Numbered from the stretch's first letter, positions 49,069 to 62,322 are shown. The stretch is 64,000 bases of DNA from Pseudomonadota bacterium (GCA_027624175.1 JAQBXT010000006.1:4439-68438), one strand, 5' to 3'. Program-made: numbers and translations. Notes: a model not told the origin generated them from the sequence alone.

Positions 49069-50523
49069 GTGCGCCCGTACGCCGTCTTGCACCTGCTGTC
49101 CATGGTGCTGATGCTGTTCGCTGGTTGCATGCTGCTGCCGCTCGCCTTTTCCCTGGGACTGGGCGACGGCGTGCACGCGGCATACGCGCAGGCCATCGGC
49201 GTTACGTTCTTCTGCGGCATCGCGCTGTGGTGGTTGACGCGGCGTGCGGGCCGTGAATTACGGGTGCGCGACGGCTTCCTGCTGGTGTCCCTGGTGTGGA
49301 CGGTACTGCCGGCGTTTGCGGCCTTGCCGCTGATGATGCAGTTGCCCGCGTTGTCGTTCACCGACGCCTATTTCGAGGCCGCGTCCGGCCTGACGGCCAG
49401 CGGCGCGACCGTGCTGTCCGGGCTCGATCACCTGCCGCCCTCGCTCAACCTCTGGCGTGGCTTCATGATCTGGCTGGGCGGCATGGGGGTCATCGTGCTG
49501 GCGGTGGCGATCATGCCGCTGTTGGGCGTGGGCGGCTCGCAGTTGTTCAAGGCCGAGACGCCGACCCCGATGAAGGACACCAAGCTGACGCCGCGCATCG
49601 CCGAGACCGCCAAGGGCCTGTGGCTGGTGTACGTCGTTCTTACGGCGGCCTGCGGCCTGGCCTATTACCTGGCCGGCATGACCTGGCTGGACGCGGTGAT
49701 GCACGCCTTCACCACGCTGGGACTGGGGGGGTTCTCCACGCACGACGCCAGTTATGCTTATTGGAATTCGCCGCGCATCGAGGCGGTGGCCATCGTCTTC
49801 ATGCTGATCGCGGCAATCAACTTCGCGACGCACTTCCTCGCCTGGCACCGGCGCTCGCTGCGCGCCTATCGCGTCGATCCGGAGGCCAAGGTGTTCCTGA
49901 TGGTGGTCGTCGCGTCCGTACTGGGCATTGCCGCCTACCTGGTGTGGACCGGCGTGCATCCGGACTTCGGCACGGCGCTGCGCTACGCGGCGTTCAATGT
50001 GGTGTCGATCGCCACCACCACCGGCTACGCCAACACCGATTTCAACCTGTGGCCGATCTTTGCCCCGCTGTTCATGCTGTTCCTGTGCAGCTTCGCCAGT
50101 TGTTCGGGTTCGACCGGCAGCGGCATCAAGATGATCCGGGCGCGCATCCTGTTCAAGCAGGTGTTTCGCGAGTTTGTGCGCATCATCCACCCGCGTATCT
50201 ACAATCCGGTCAAGCTTTCCGGCAAGCCCGTCGAGAACAACGTGGTGTTCGCGGTGCTGGCCTATGCGTTCGTCTACATTTCCTGCATCGCCATATTTAC
50301 GCTGGTGCTGACTTTGAGCGGCGCCGACGTGGTCACGGCCTTCTCCGCGGCGGTGGCCTCGATCAACAACACTGGCCCGGGCCTGGGGCAGGTCGGTCCC
50401 GCCTCGAACTATGCGGTGCTGAACGACTTCCAGACCTGGGTCTGTTCGTTCGCCATGCTGCTCGGACGCCTGGAGTTGTTCACGCTCCTGCTGGTGCTGA
50501 CGCCCGCCTTCTGGCGCAAGTGA
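49069..50523 (+). CDS. trkH: Trk potassium uptake system membrane protein TrkH.
   Basis: 484-aa polytopic ORF with TrkH-like sequence, directly after trkA. Confidence 0.95.
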   Translation: MRPYAVLHLLSMVLMLFAGCMLLPLAFSLGLGDGVHAAYAQAIGVTFFCGIALWWLTRRAGRELRVRDGFLLVSLVWTVLPAFAALPLMMQLPALSFTDAYFEAASGLTASGATVLSGLDHLPPSLNLWRGFMIWLGGMGVIVLAVAIMPLLGVGGSQLFKAETPTPMKDTKLTPRIAETAKGLWLVYVVLTAACGLAYYLAGMTWLDAVMHAFTTLGLGGFSTHDASYAYWNSPRIEAVAIVFMLIAAINFATHFLAWHRRSLRAYRVDPEAKVFLMVVVASVLGIAAYLVWTGVHPDFGTALRYAAFNVVSIATTTGYANTDFNLWPIFAPLFMLFLCSFASCSGSTGSGIKMIRARILFKQVFREFVRIIHPRIYNPVKLSGKPVENNVVFAVLAYAFVYISCIAIFTLVLTLSGADVVTAFSAAVASINNTGPGLGQVGPASNYAVLNDFQTWVCSFAMLLGRLELFTLLLVLTPAFWRK

Positions 50524-50540
50524 GGCGCGTCGCCGCCGGC

Positions 50541-50648
50541 CTAGGCGTGCTTCTTCTTCGTCTTCTGTTTCGCGTGGTGCGGGCGCTTCTTGCCGTAACT
50601 GGCCTTGTAGATCTTGCCGCGCCGCGTTCTCTTGTCGCCTCTGCCCAT
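50541..50648 (-). CDS. 30S ribosomal protein THX (bTHX).
   Basis: Below the ORF-track size cutoff. Manual translation: MGRGDKRTRRGKIYKASYGKKRPHHAKQKTKKKHA-stop. Compare Thermus Thx (recalled from memory): [26 protein letters not shown]. GGAGG lies 6 nt upstream of the ATG, and a TATAAT hexamer is at 50683-50678 just after the metH stop. Confidence 0.8.
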   Translation of the reverse strand: MGRGDKRTRRGKIYKASYGKKRPHHAKQKTKKKHA

Positions 50649-50684
50649 GTCATGCCTCCGGTTTCGATTCGCGCCGCATTATAG

Positions 50685-54404
<3,720 letters not shown>

Positions 54405-54413
54405 CGGTTCCCG

Positions 54414-54453
54414 GAAAACAAAACGCCCGTTCGGCTGGCGCGGAAACGGGCGT
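54414..54453 (-). terminator. Intrinsic-terminator-like hairpin inside the metH 5' leader (candidate attenuator or riboswitch expression platform).
   Basis: The minus strand reads ACGCCCGTT-TCCGCGCCAGCCG-AACGGGCGT (9-bp perfect stem) followed by TTTGTTTTCC. It ends about 10 nt before the metH ATG. There is no upstream co-directional gene to terminate. Confidence 0.55.
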
Positions 54454-54563
54454 GTGAGCACGTCTCTTTAGCTGTATTTGTAACGCGCCCGCAAGCGGAA
54501 CATCAAATCGGCGCGAAGGGCGCAGTGTGCCTACTTAGTCCTGCTGTGTCAATCCCTTACGCG

Positions 54564-54569
54564 TATAAT
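54564..54569 (+). promoter_or_regulatory. Candidate -10 hexamer for the rhodanese gene (near-leaderless transcript).
   Basis: Perfect TATAAT, with 11 nt between it and the ATG at 54581. No Shine-Dalgarno sequence (CGCTCCCACC) and no convincing -35. Confidence 0.35.
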
Positions 54570-54580
54570 GCGCTCCCACC

Positions 54581-54976
54581 ATGGAACACCTTGAACCCAA
54601 GCGGGCGAGCGAATTCCTCAAGCAGCATGCGGACGCGCTGTTCATCGATTGCCGCAGCGAGATGGAGTACCTGTTCGTCGGCCACCCGGTCGGCGCCCTG
54701 CACGTGGCATGGAACGATGGTCCGGACTGGGCGGTCAACCCGCACTTCGTCGGCCAGGTCAAGAAGCTTGCCGGCACCAACCACACGACGCGTCCCCTGG
54801 TGCTCATCTGCCGCAGCGGCAACCGCTCGCAGGAAGCGGGCGAGGAACTGGAGCGCGCCGGCTTTACGCGCGTGTGCAACGTGCGGCACGGCTTCGAGGG
54901 TGAGTTGAACGACAGGCACCAGCGCAACTCGCTTGCCGGTTGGCGCTTCGAAGGGCTGCCGTGGGAGCAGTGTTGA
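54581..54976 (+). CDS. Rhodanese-like domain protein (sulfurtransferase).
   Basis: 131-aa ORF with active-site loop LICRSGNRSQEAG. Confidence 0.85.
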   Translation: MEHLEPKRASEFLKQHADALFIDCRSEMEYLFVGHPVGALHVAWNDGPDWAVNPHFVGQVKKLAGTNHTTRPLVLICRSGNRSQEAGEELERAGFTRVCNVRHGFEGELNDRHQRNSLAGWRFEGLPWEQC

Positions 54977-55410
54977 GCGAAGTGCAGTTCGGCTCGATTG
55001 TCGCGTCGTTTCCATGCCAGGTGCAGTGGGGCGACTGCGATCCGGCGGGAATCATCTTCTACCCGACCTATTTCCGCTGGATGGACGCCGCATGCTGGGC
55101 CCTGTTCGCCGGGGTCGGGTACACCGCGAAGCGCATGCGCGCCGAGCACCTCGCCATGCCGCTGGTGTCGGCGGACTGCCAGTTCCTCTACCCGGCCGAG
55201 CAGGGCGACCGCTGCGAGGTGCGCTCGCGCATCCTGCGCTTCGGCGGCAAGTCTTTCGTCGTCGCGCACGAAGTGCAGCGCGAGGACGGCATGGCGCTCG
55301 CCAAGGGCGAGGAAACCCGCGTCTGGGGAAAATTCGCCAACGGTCCCGGCACACGCCTGCGCGGGCTGGCGCTTCCCGAAGAGCTCACGGCGCTGTTTCG
55401 CGCCGCCTAG
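54970..55410 (+). CDS. Acyl-CoA thioesterase, hotdog fold (4HBT/YbgC-like).
   Basis: ORF 54940..55410. The likely GTG 54970 or TTG 54973 start overlaps the rhodanese TGA. 4HBT-like N-terminus: VQWGDCDPAGIIFYPTYFRWMDAACWALF. Confidence 0.75.
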   Translation: MLSEVQFGSIVASFPCQVQWGDCDPAGIIFYPTYFRWMDAACWALFAGVGYTAKRMRAEHLAMPLVSADCQFLYPAEQGDRCEVRSRILRFGGKSFVVAHEVQREDGMALAKGEETRVWGKFANGPGTRLRGLALPEELTALFRAA

Positions 55411-55412
55411 CG

Positions 55413-55976
55413 TCAGAAGTCGAAGAAGGCCGTCTCGACCTTGCCTTGCAGGACGATGTTCCACTGCAGCACACCCCTGCCCTTGGGCCTGGCGACGAGC
55501 GTCGCGCGCCGCGCGGCGGGTACCCGTTTCAGTATCGGGTCCTGTACGTTGGCGGGATCGCCCGGGAAATAGATCCGGGTCGAGAGCTGCTTGAGCAGGC
55601 CGCGCATGAATACCGTCACCGACAGGTGCGGCGCCTGCAGCTTGCCGCCGGAACCGGGCACCCGTCCCGGCTTGATGGTGCTGAACCGGAATACGCCCTT
55701 CGCGTCGGTCGGGATGCGCCCGAAGCCACGGAAGCCCTTCTCCAGCGGCTTCTTTTGCCGATCCTCAGGATGGGCGTACTTGCCCGTTGCACTCGCCTGC
55801 CAGATCTCGACCAGACCGTCGCCTACGCCAACGCCGTCGCCATCCAGCAGCCGCCCATGGATGGTAACGCGCTCGCCCTTTACCCCCGGACCGGCGATGC
55901 GGTCCGTGTTGAGCCAGGTGAGACCAATGTGCAGGTAGGGCCCGACCGTCTGCGACCCGCTCGCGTAGAGACTCAT
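55413..55976 (-). CDS. pcaG: Protocatechuate 3,4-dioxygenase alpha subunit (intradiol dioxygenase family).
   Basis: In ORF 55413..56054 the start is MSLYASGSQTVGPYLHIGL at 55976. Paired with the beta-subunit gene at 1-nt spacing. Confidence 0.85.
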   Translation of the reverse strand: MSLYASGSQTVGPYLHIGLTWLNTDRIAGPGVKGERVTIHGRLLDGDGVGVGDGLVEIWQASATGKYAHPEDRQKKPLEKGFRGFGRIPTDAKGVFRFSTIKPGRVPGSGGKLQAPHLSVTVFMRGLLKQLSTRIYFPGDPANVQDPILKRVPAARRATLVARPKGRGVLQWNIVLQGKVETAFFDF

Positions 55977-55977
55977 G

Positions 55978-56694
55978 TCATTCCCCTGGCGAGTCATCCA
56001 TCGGGGTTGCCGCGCTGCCGCGCAGGACGATATCGAAGCGGTAGGCGAGCGCATGCTCCGGAACCGTGTTCTCCCAGTCCAATTGCGACACCAATCGCAG
56101 GCGCGCCTTCTCGTCCGGGATGCTCATGTACATCGGGTCATAGGGCAGCAGCGGGTCGCCCGGAAAATACATCTGCGTCACCAGGCGCGTGAGGAACGCG
56201 CGCCCGAACAGCGAGAAATGGATGTGCGCGGGCCGCCACGCGTTGTAATGGTTGCGCCAAGGGTATTCCCCGGGGCGGATGGTGATGAAGCGGTAGCGGC
56301 CCTCGGCGTCAGTGAGCGTGCGGCCGGCGCCGGAGAAATTCGGATCCACCGGCGCATCGTGGCGGTCAGACTTGTGCGGGTAGCGCCCGGCAGCGTTCGC
56401 CTGCCAGACCTCGATCAGAGTGTGCGGCACCGATTTGCCGTTCTCATCGAGCACCCGGCCGCTGCAGATGATGCGCTCGCCGATCGGTTCGCCCTTGTGC
56501 TGCCGCGTCAGGTCATGGTCGGTCGGCTTGAGGTCGCCGTAGCCGAACACCGGGCCGGTGATTTCCGACAGGGTCTGCGGCGCAATGACCAGCGGCTGCT
56601 TCGGGTGGCGCTTGGCGGTCGAAGCGTAGGGCGGAAAGTCGTACGCCGGTTGCGTGCCGGGGTGGAATCTGCGGTAGGAGTATTGCTTGCTCAT
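55978..56694 (-). CDS. pcaH: Protocatechuate 3,4-dioxygenase beta subunit.
   Basis: 238-aa ORF containing IEVWQANAAGRYPHKSD...YPWRNHYNAWRPAHIHFSLFG (iron ligands). Confidence 0.88.
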   Translation of the reverse strand: MSKQYSYRRFHPGTQPAYDFPPYASTAKRHPKQPLVIAPQTLSEITGPVFGYGDLKPTDHDLTRQHKGEPIGERIICSGRVLDENGKSVPHTLIEVWQANAAGRYPHKSDRHDAPVDPNFSGAGRTLTDAEGRYRFITIRPGEYPWRNHYNAWRPAHIHFSLFGRAFLTRLVTQMYFPGDPLLPYDPMYMSIPDEKARLRLVSQLDWENTVPEHALAYRFDIVLRGSAATPMDDSPGE

Positions 56695-56712
56695 AGGAGG
56701 GCCATTGTGCCC

Positions 56713-57348
56713 TCATTGCGCATCGAGCTGCTTGCCCGGTTGCGCGCGGTCGAAGGATTCGATCTGCATGCAGGCGTCGAATACGCGCATCACCACCGGA
56801 TACGGCGCCAGATCGCACTGGTAGCGCTGCGCATTGAACACCTGTGGCACCAGGCAACAATCGGCCATGGTCGGGGCATCGCCGTGGCTGTACTTGCCGG
56901 TACCCGGCGCGCCAAGGTCCGCCTCGAGTTTCGCCAGGCCGTCCGCGATCCAGTGCCGATACCACGCGTTGACCTGCTCTTCGTTCTGGCCGAGGCCTTT
57001 CTTCAGGTGCGTCAGCGTGCGCAGGTTGTTGAGCGGGTGGATCTCGCAGGCGATGAGCAGGGAAAGACTCCGCACACGTGCGCGCGCGAACGGATCCGTC
57101 GGCAGCAGCGGCGGCTGCGCATGCGTTTCTTCCAGATACTCCATGATGGCAAGCGACTGCGTCAGCAGCCTGCCGCCCTCTTCCAGCGCGGGCAGCAGAC
57201 CCTGGGGATTCAGCGCGCCGTATGCCGGCTGGCGGTGCTCGCCTTTTGCCAGGTGTACATACGCGGATTCATAGGCGAGCCCCTTCAGGTTGAGCGCAAT
57301 GCGCACGCGGAACGCCGCCGAACTGCGGAAGTACGTGTAAAGCCTCAC
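56713..57348 (-). CDS. maiA: Maleylacetoacetate/maleylpyruvate isomerase (GST zeta class).
   Basis: 211-aa ORF: MRLYTYFRSSAAFRVRIALNLKGLAYE...LLPALEEGGRLLTQSLAIMEYLEE. Confidence 0.85.
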   Translation of the reverse strand: MRLYTYFRSSAAFRVRIALNLKGLAYESAYVHLAKGEHRQPAYGALNPQGLLPALEEGGRLLTQSLAIMEYLEETHAQPPLLPTDPFARARVRSLSLLIACEIHPLNNLRTLTHLKKGLGQNEEQVNAWYRHWIADGLAKLEADLGAPGTGKYSHGDAPTMADCCLVPQVFNAQRYQCDLAPYPVVMRVFDACMQIESFDRAQPGKQLDAQ

Positions 57349-58037
57349 AGCGCCGGCACCACCTTGACCTTGAGATCACCTACGCCGTCGATGTGCGCGT
57401 GCATCTCGTCGCCCGGCTTCACCGGACCGACGCCCGCGGGGGTGCCAGAATAGATGATGTCGCCGGGCTCGAGCGTGTAGTACTCCGAAAGGTAGGCGAT
57501 TTGCTCGGGCACCGACCAGATCATGTCGGCGAGATCGGCCTTCTGGCGCTCCTTGCCGTTCACTTGCAGCCAGATCGCGCCTTTGGTCAGGTGGCCGCTC
57601 TTGGCCGCCGGTACCAGGCTGCTGCAGGGTGCGGCCTCGTCGAAGTCCTTGCCGAAGTCCCAGGGCCGGCCGTGGTCCTTGCCCAGCTGCTGCAGGTCGC
57701 GGCGCGTCATGTCGAGGCCCACGGCGTAGGCAAATACATGCTCGGTGGCGTGGCGCGCGTCGATGCGGCGGCCGCCTTTGTGCAGCGCTACCACCAGTTC
57801 GGTCTCGTAGTGGTAATTGCCGGTTTTCGGCGGGTAGTGCACGTCGCCGCCGTTGGGCACCAGGGAGTGCGCGCTCTTGATGAAGAAGAACGGCTGCTCG
57901 CGGCCGCTGCCGCCCATCTCCTTCTGGTGCTCGGCGTAGTTGCGGCCGACGCAGAAAATGCGGCGTACCGGAAAGGTATCGGTGCTGCCAGTGATCGGCA
58001 GGGTTGGCGGAGTCCAGATCGGGAAAGCGTAAGTCAT
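57345..58037 (-). CDS. Fumarylacetoacetate hydrolase family protein (size typical of fumarylpyruvate hydrolase).
   Basis: 230-aa ORF containing RIFCVGRNYAEH...YETELVVAL...IYSGTPAGVGPVKPGD. The stop overlaps the maiA start. Confidence 0.85.
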   Translation of the reverse strand: MTYAFPIWTPPTLPITGSTDTFPVRRIFCVGRNYAEHQKEMGGSGREQPFFFIKSAHSLVPNGGDVHYPPKTGNYHYETELVVALHKGGRRIDARHATEHVFAYAVGLDMTRRDLQQLGKDHGRPWDFGKDFDEAAPCSSLVPAAKSGHLTKGAIWLQVNGKERQKADLADMIWSVPEQIAYLSEYYTLEPGDIIYSGTPAGVGPVKPGDEMHAHIDGVGDLKVKVVPAL

Positions 58038-58064
58038 GCGGACCTTTCGGGGAAAACGCGAATT

Positions 58065-59582
58065 CTAGCCTTTGGCGGCGCGCTGTTCCTCCACCAATTC
58101 GCGCAGCTTGTAGCGCTGCACCTTGCCGGTGGCGGTGCGCGGCAGCTCGGCGACCGGCAGGATCCACTTCGGCCGCTTGTGGCGCGGCAGTTTTTGCTCG
58201 CAGGCCGCGGCCGCGGCCGAGAGCGCAGTCTGCGCGTCGACGCCGCGCGCGGCGACGAACAGCGCCAGGCGCTCGAAACCGTCGTCGTCCTGGACCGCTA
58301 CGCACGCCGCTTCGGCGACCGACGCCAGACCTTGTACTGCTTCCTCCAGCTCGCCGGGCTGTACCCACTGGCCCGCGACCTTCAGCAACTCGTCGCTGCG
58401 GCCCTGATGGGAATAAGAGCCCTGAGCATCGCGCACGAAGATGTCCCTGGTGCAGAACCAGCCGTCGCGAAACTGCTCGCGCGTCGCCTCCGGCCGGTTG
58501 GCGTAGCCCGAGCTGAGTGCCGGGTGGCGCACCCACAGCACGCCCGGTACTCCGTTCGCGACTTCGTTCCCGTCGTCGCCGAGCAGGCGCGCCTGCACGC
58601 CCGCGATCGGCTTGCCGGTCCTCAGCGCGCCCGCGCTGCCAGGCGGCGTCACCATGATCACGCAGAAGGTTTCCGACATGCCGTAGATGGAGAGGATTTC
58701 CTGCCCGGTGGCCGTGCGCCAGCCTTCGAACACCGGCTGCGGCAGGCGCTCGCCAGCGGAGACGAAATGTCGTACCCCGCGAAAAGGCGCCAGGCGATCC
58801 GGGGACAGCGCCAGCAGCCGACGGTAGAACGTCGGTACGCTGAACACGGCGGTGGGCGCATGGCGGGCGACGATGGCCTGGATCTGCTCCACGTCGGCCC
58901 AGTCCGGGTGCAGGATCGTCGTGGCCCCGATCGCGAGCGGTCCCAGCATGCCGTTCTCCAGCGCGTAGGCGAAGAACAGCTTGGAGGTGGCGAACACCTT
59001 GTCGCCCGGCCCCAGCCCCAGCACCTCGCGCTGCGCCTGTCCGGCAGCCAGCACGCTCTGGTGCGCATGCACGATGCCCTTGGGACGGCCAGTGGTGCCC
59101 GAGGAATAGAGCCAGAACGCGGGATCCTGCGGTTGTGCCGGATGGAAGTCGGCCCGTGGCGCAGCGGCGCGCAGCGCCCGGCGCCATGCCGCGCTGGCGG
59201 CGAGCCGTTTCTCGCTCCCCAGTTGCGCGGCCAGCGGACCGAGTGCGGTGAGCAACGTTTCGTCCGCGATCACCAGGCGCGCATTGCTGTCGGCGAGGAT
59301 GTGGCGGTAGTCGTCCTCGCCCAGCTTGGTATTGAGGCCGATCGCCACAGCGCCGGCGTGCACCGCGCCGAGCCAGGCGGCGACGAATTCCGGCGTGTCG
59401 CGCAGCAGGAGCAGTACGCGTTCCCCCGGCCGTACGCCCAGCGCGCGCAGTGCGTTGGCGGCACGCGCAACCTCCTCGGCGAGCGCGCGGTAGCTGAGCG
59501 CGTCTTCGCCGCAGACGAGCGCGGTTCTCGCGCCGTGCAGCGCGAGCGCGCTCTCACCCAGCAGATGTTCGGCTGCGTTCAT
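58065..59582 (-). CDS. Aromatic-acid (benzoate-type) CoA ligase, AMP-forming.
   Basis: 505-aa ORF with AMP-binding motif YSSGTTGRPKGIVHAH and C-terminal PRTATGKVQRYKLRE. The overall pattern resembles the benzoate/hydroxybenzoate-CoA ligase family. Confidence 0.8.
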   Translation of the reverse strand: MNAAEHLLGESALALHGARTALVCGEDALSYRALAEEVARAANALRALGVRPGERVLLLLRDTPEFVAAWLGAVHAGAVAIGLNTKLGEDDYRHILADSNARLVIADETLLTALGPLAAQLGSEKRLAASAAWRRALRAAAPRADFHPAQPQDPAFWLYSSGTTGRPKGIVHAHQSVLAAGQAQREVLGLGPGDKVFATSKLFFAYALENGMLGPLAIGATTILHPDWADVEQIQAIVARHAPTAVFSVPTFYRRLLALSPDRLAPFRGVRHFVSAGERLPQPVFEGWRTATGQEILSIYGMSETFCVIMVTPPGSAGALRTGKPIAGVQARLLGDDGNEVANGVPGVLWVRHPALSSGYANRPEATREQFRDGWFCTRDIFVRDAQGSYSHQGRSDELLKVAGQWVQPGELEEAVQGLASVAEAACVAVQDDDGFERLALFVAARGVDAQTALSAAAAACEQKLPRHKRPKWILPVAELPRTATGKVQRYKLRELVEEQRAAKG

Positions 59583-59623
59583 TCCCCGGGATGGAAATGT
59601 GCCCGCCGCAGTATAGGGCCTGC

Positions 59624-59655
59624 AGGAAAATAAACGGGCGCCCGCAGGCGCCCGT
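59624..59655 (-). terminator. Intrinsic terminator of the glnK-amtB operon.
   Basis: On the minus strand, ACGGGCGCC-TGCG-GGCGCCCGT (9-bp stem) is followed by TTATTTTCC. It starts about 20 nt after the amtB stop. Confidence 0.75.
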
Positions 59656-59675
59656 CCATCCAGCGTGGGAGACGA

Positions 59676-60974
59676 TCAGTTGTTGTACGCGGCCTCGCCA
59701 TGTTCGGCGAGGTCGAGGCCCTCGGCTTCCGCCGCGTCCGTCACGCGCAGGCCGACGATCATGTCGACGATCTTGAGCAGGATATAGCTCAGCACGCCGG
59801 TGTACACCAGCGTGAAGCCAACGGCGGTCGCCTGCACGACGAGCTGGGCGCCGATGCTCGCGTTCGTCCCGCCGAAACCCGTTCCACCAAGGTCCGGCGA
59901 GGCCAGGATGCCGATGCCCAGTGCGCCGATGATGCCGGCGACGCCGTGCACGCCGAATACATCCAGCGAGTCGTCATAGCCCAGCGCATGCTTGAGGGAC
60001 GTGACGGCCCAGAACGAACCGACGCCCGCCACGACGCCGAGCACCATGGCACCCATCGGCCCCGCGTTGCCGCAGGCCGGGGTGATCGCCACCAGGCCGG
60101 CGATGGCACCGGAGGCGGCGCCGAGCAGACTCGGCTTACCCTTGATGAGCCATTCGGCGAACATCCAGCCGAGCACGGCGGCTGCGGTCGCCAGCTGCGT
60201 GTTCATCATGGCGAGTGCAGCGCTGCCGTTGGCCGCCACGGCGCTGCCGGCGTTGAAGCCGAACCAGCCTGCCCACAGCAGCGCCGCACCGGTCAGCGTG
60301 AAAGTCAGGTTGTGCGGCGGCATCGCCACCTTGCCGTAACCTTTGCGCTTGCCGAGCACGATCGCGGCGACCAGGCCGGCAACGCCGGCGTTGATGTGTA
60401 CGACCGTGCCGCCGGCGAAGTCGATCGCACCCATGGCGCCAAGCCAGCCACCGCCCCAGACCATGTGCGCCATCGGCGCGTACACGGCGAGCAGCCACAG
60501 CCCGAGGAACCACAGTACCGCCGAGAACTTCATGCGCTCGGCAAATGCGCCGACGATGAGCGCAGGCGTGATGGCCGCAAACGTGAGCTGGAACGCCGCG
60601 AACAGCAGCTCGGGGATGGTGCCCTGCAGTGTGTCCGGGGTAATGCCCTTCAGGAACGATTTTGAAAGCCCGCCAACGACGCTGTTGCCCTCGCTGAAGG
60701 CCAGGCTGTAGCCGAACAGCGCCCACAGCACGGAAACCAGCGAAAAGGCGACAAACACGTGCATCAGCACCGACAGCGCATTCTTGGAGCGCACCATGCC
60801 GCTGTAAAACAGCGCCAGGCCGGGGACGATCATGATGATCACCAGCACGGTCGAGGTGAGCATCCACGCCGTATCGCCCGTGTTAAGCGTCGGCTTGGGC
60901 GCATCGGCTGCCAGCACCGGGCCGGCGAAGCCCGCGATGGCAAGCAGTGCAAGATTTACTAGAAACGTTTTCAT
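59676..60974 (-). CDS. amtB: Ammonium transporter AmtB.
   Basis: In ORF 59676..61001 the start is MKTFLVNLALLAIAGFAGPVLAADA at 60974. Amt family sequence is present (DFAGGTVVHINAGVAGL, VFGVHGVAGIIGAL). Confidence 0.95.
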   Translation of the reverse strand: MKTFLVNLALLAIAGFAGPVLAADAPKPTLNTGDTAWMLTSTVLVIIMIVPGLALFYSGMVRSKNALSVLMHVFVAFSLVSVLWALFGYSLAFSEGNSVVGGLSKSFLKGITPDTLQGTIPELLFAAFQLTFAAITPALIVGAFAERMKFSAVLWFLGLWLLAVYAPMAHMVWGGGWLGAMGAIDFAGGTVVHINAGVAGLVAAIVLGKRKGYGKVAMPPHNLTFTLTGAALLWAGWFGFNAGSAVAANGSAALAMMNTQLATAAAVLGWMFAEWLIKGKPSLLGAASGAIAGLVAITPACGNAGPMGAMVLGVVAGVGSFWAVTSLKHALGYDDSLDVFGVHGVAGIIGALGIGILASPDLGGTGFGGTNASIGAQLVVQATAVGFTLVYTGVLSYILLKIVDMIVGLRVTDAAEAEGLDLAEHGEAAYNN

Positions 60975-60984
60975 CCTGATCTCC

Positions 60985-62150
<1,166 letters not shown>

Positions 62151-62197
62151 TATGTTGATCTCCAAGTGATGTCGGATGAGAAACGCCTTTACCTCAA

Positions 62198-62213
62198 AGC
62201 ATCTCCCGTGCCA
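62198..62213 (-). promoter_or_regulatory. Sigma-54 (-24/-12) promoter upstream of the porin-glnK-amtB operon.
   Basis: The minus strand reads TGGCACGGGAGATGCT against consensus TGGCAC-N5-TTGCW, with one mismatch. It lies about 48 nt upstream of the porin ATG, whose SD is GGAG. Confidence 0.65.
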
Positions 62214-62305
62214 GAACACAAATCGTTATGTTTCAAGTCGTTGTAGGAGGCCACGGACCGTTGTTGCATTGCGGCACTTACACTAGGTGCAGGCAGGCAG
62301 CGCGG

Positions 62306-62322
62306 CGCATCAATTTGGTGCA
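62306..62322. promoter_or_regulatory. NtrC-like enhancer site.
   Basis: The minus strand reads TGCACCAAATTGATGCG against consensus TGCACCA-N3-TGGTGCA (12 of 14). It overlaps the perfect palindrome GGTGCATGCACC (62317-62328) and lies about 100 bp upstream of the sigma-54 promoter. Confidence 0.35.

Noticed and set aside
54462-54580. SAH riboswitch upstream of metH.
   Set aside because: I could find only a GUGCUCAC fragment resembling the conserved GCGCUCAC. A possible GGGAGCGC partner lies about 130 nt away, overlapping the rhodanese start. That spacing is incompatible with the compact SAH aptamer. The region is kept only as a generic attenuator candidate.
57376-59633. ORFs of 603 aa (minus strand) and 746 aa (plus strand) overlapping the FAH and CoA-ligase genes.
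   Set aside because: These are alternative-frame or antisense artefacts of high GC. The annotated frames carry AMP-binding and FAH motifs; these ORFs carry none.
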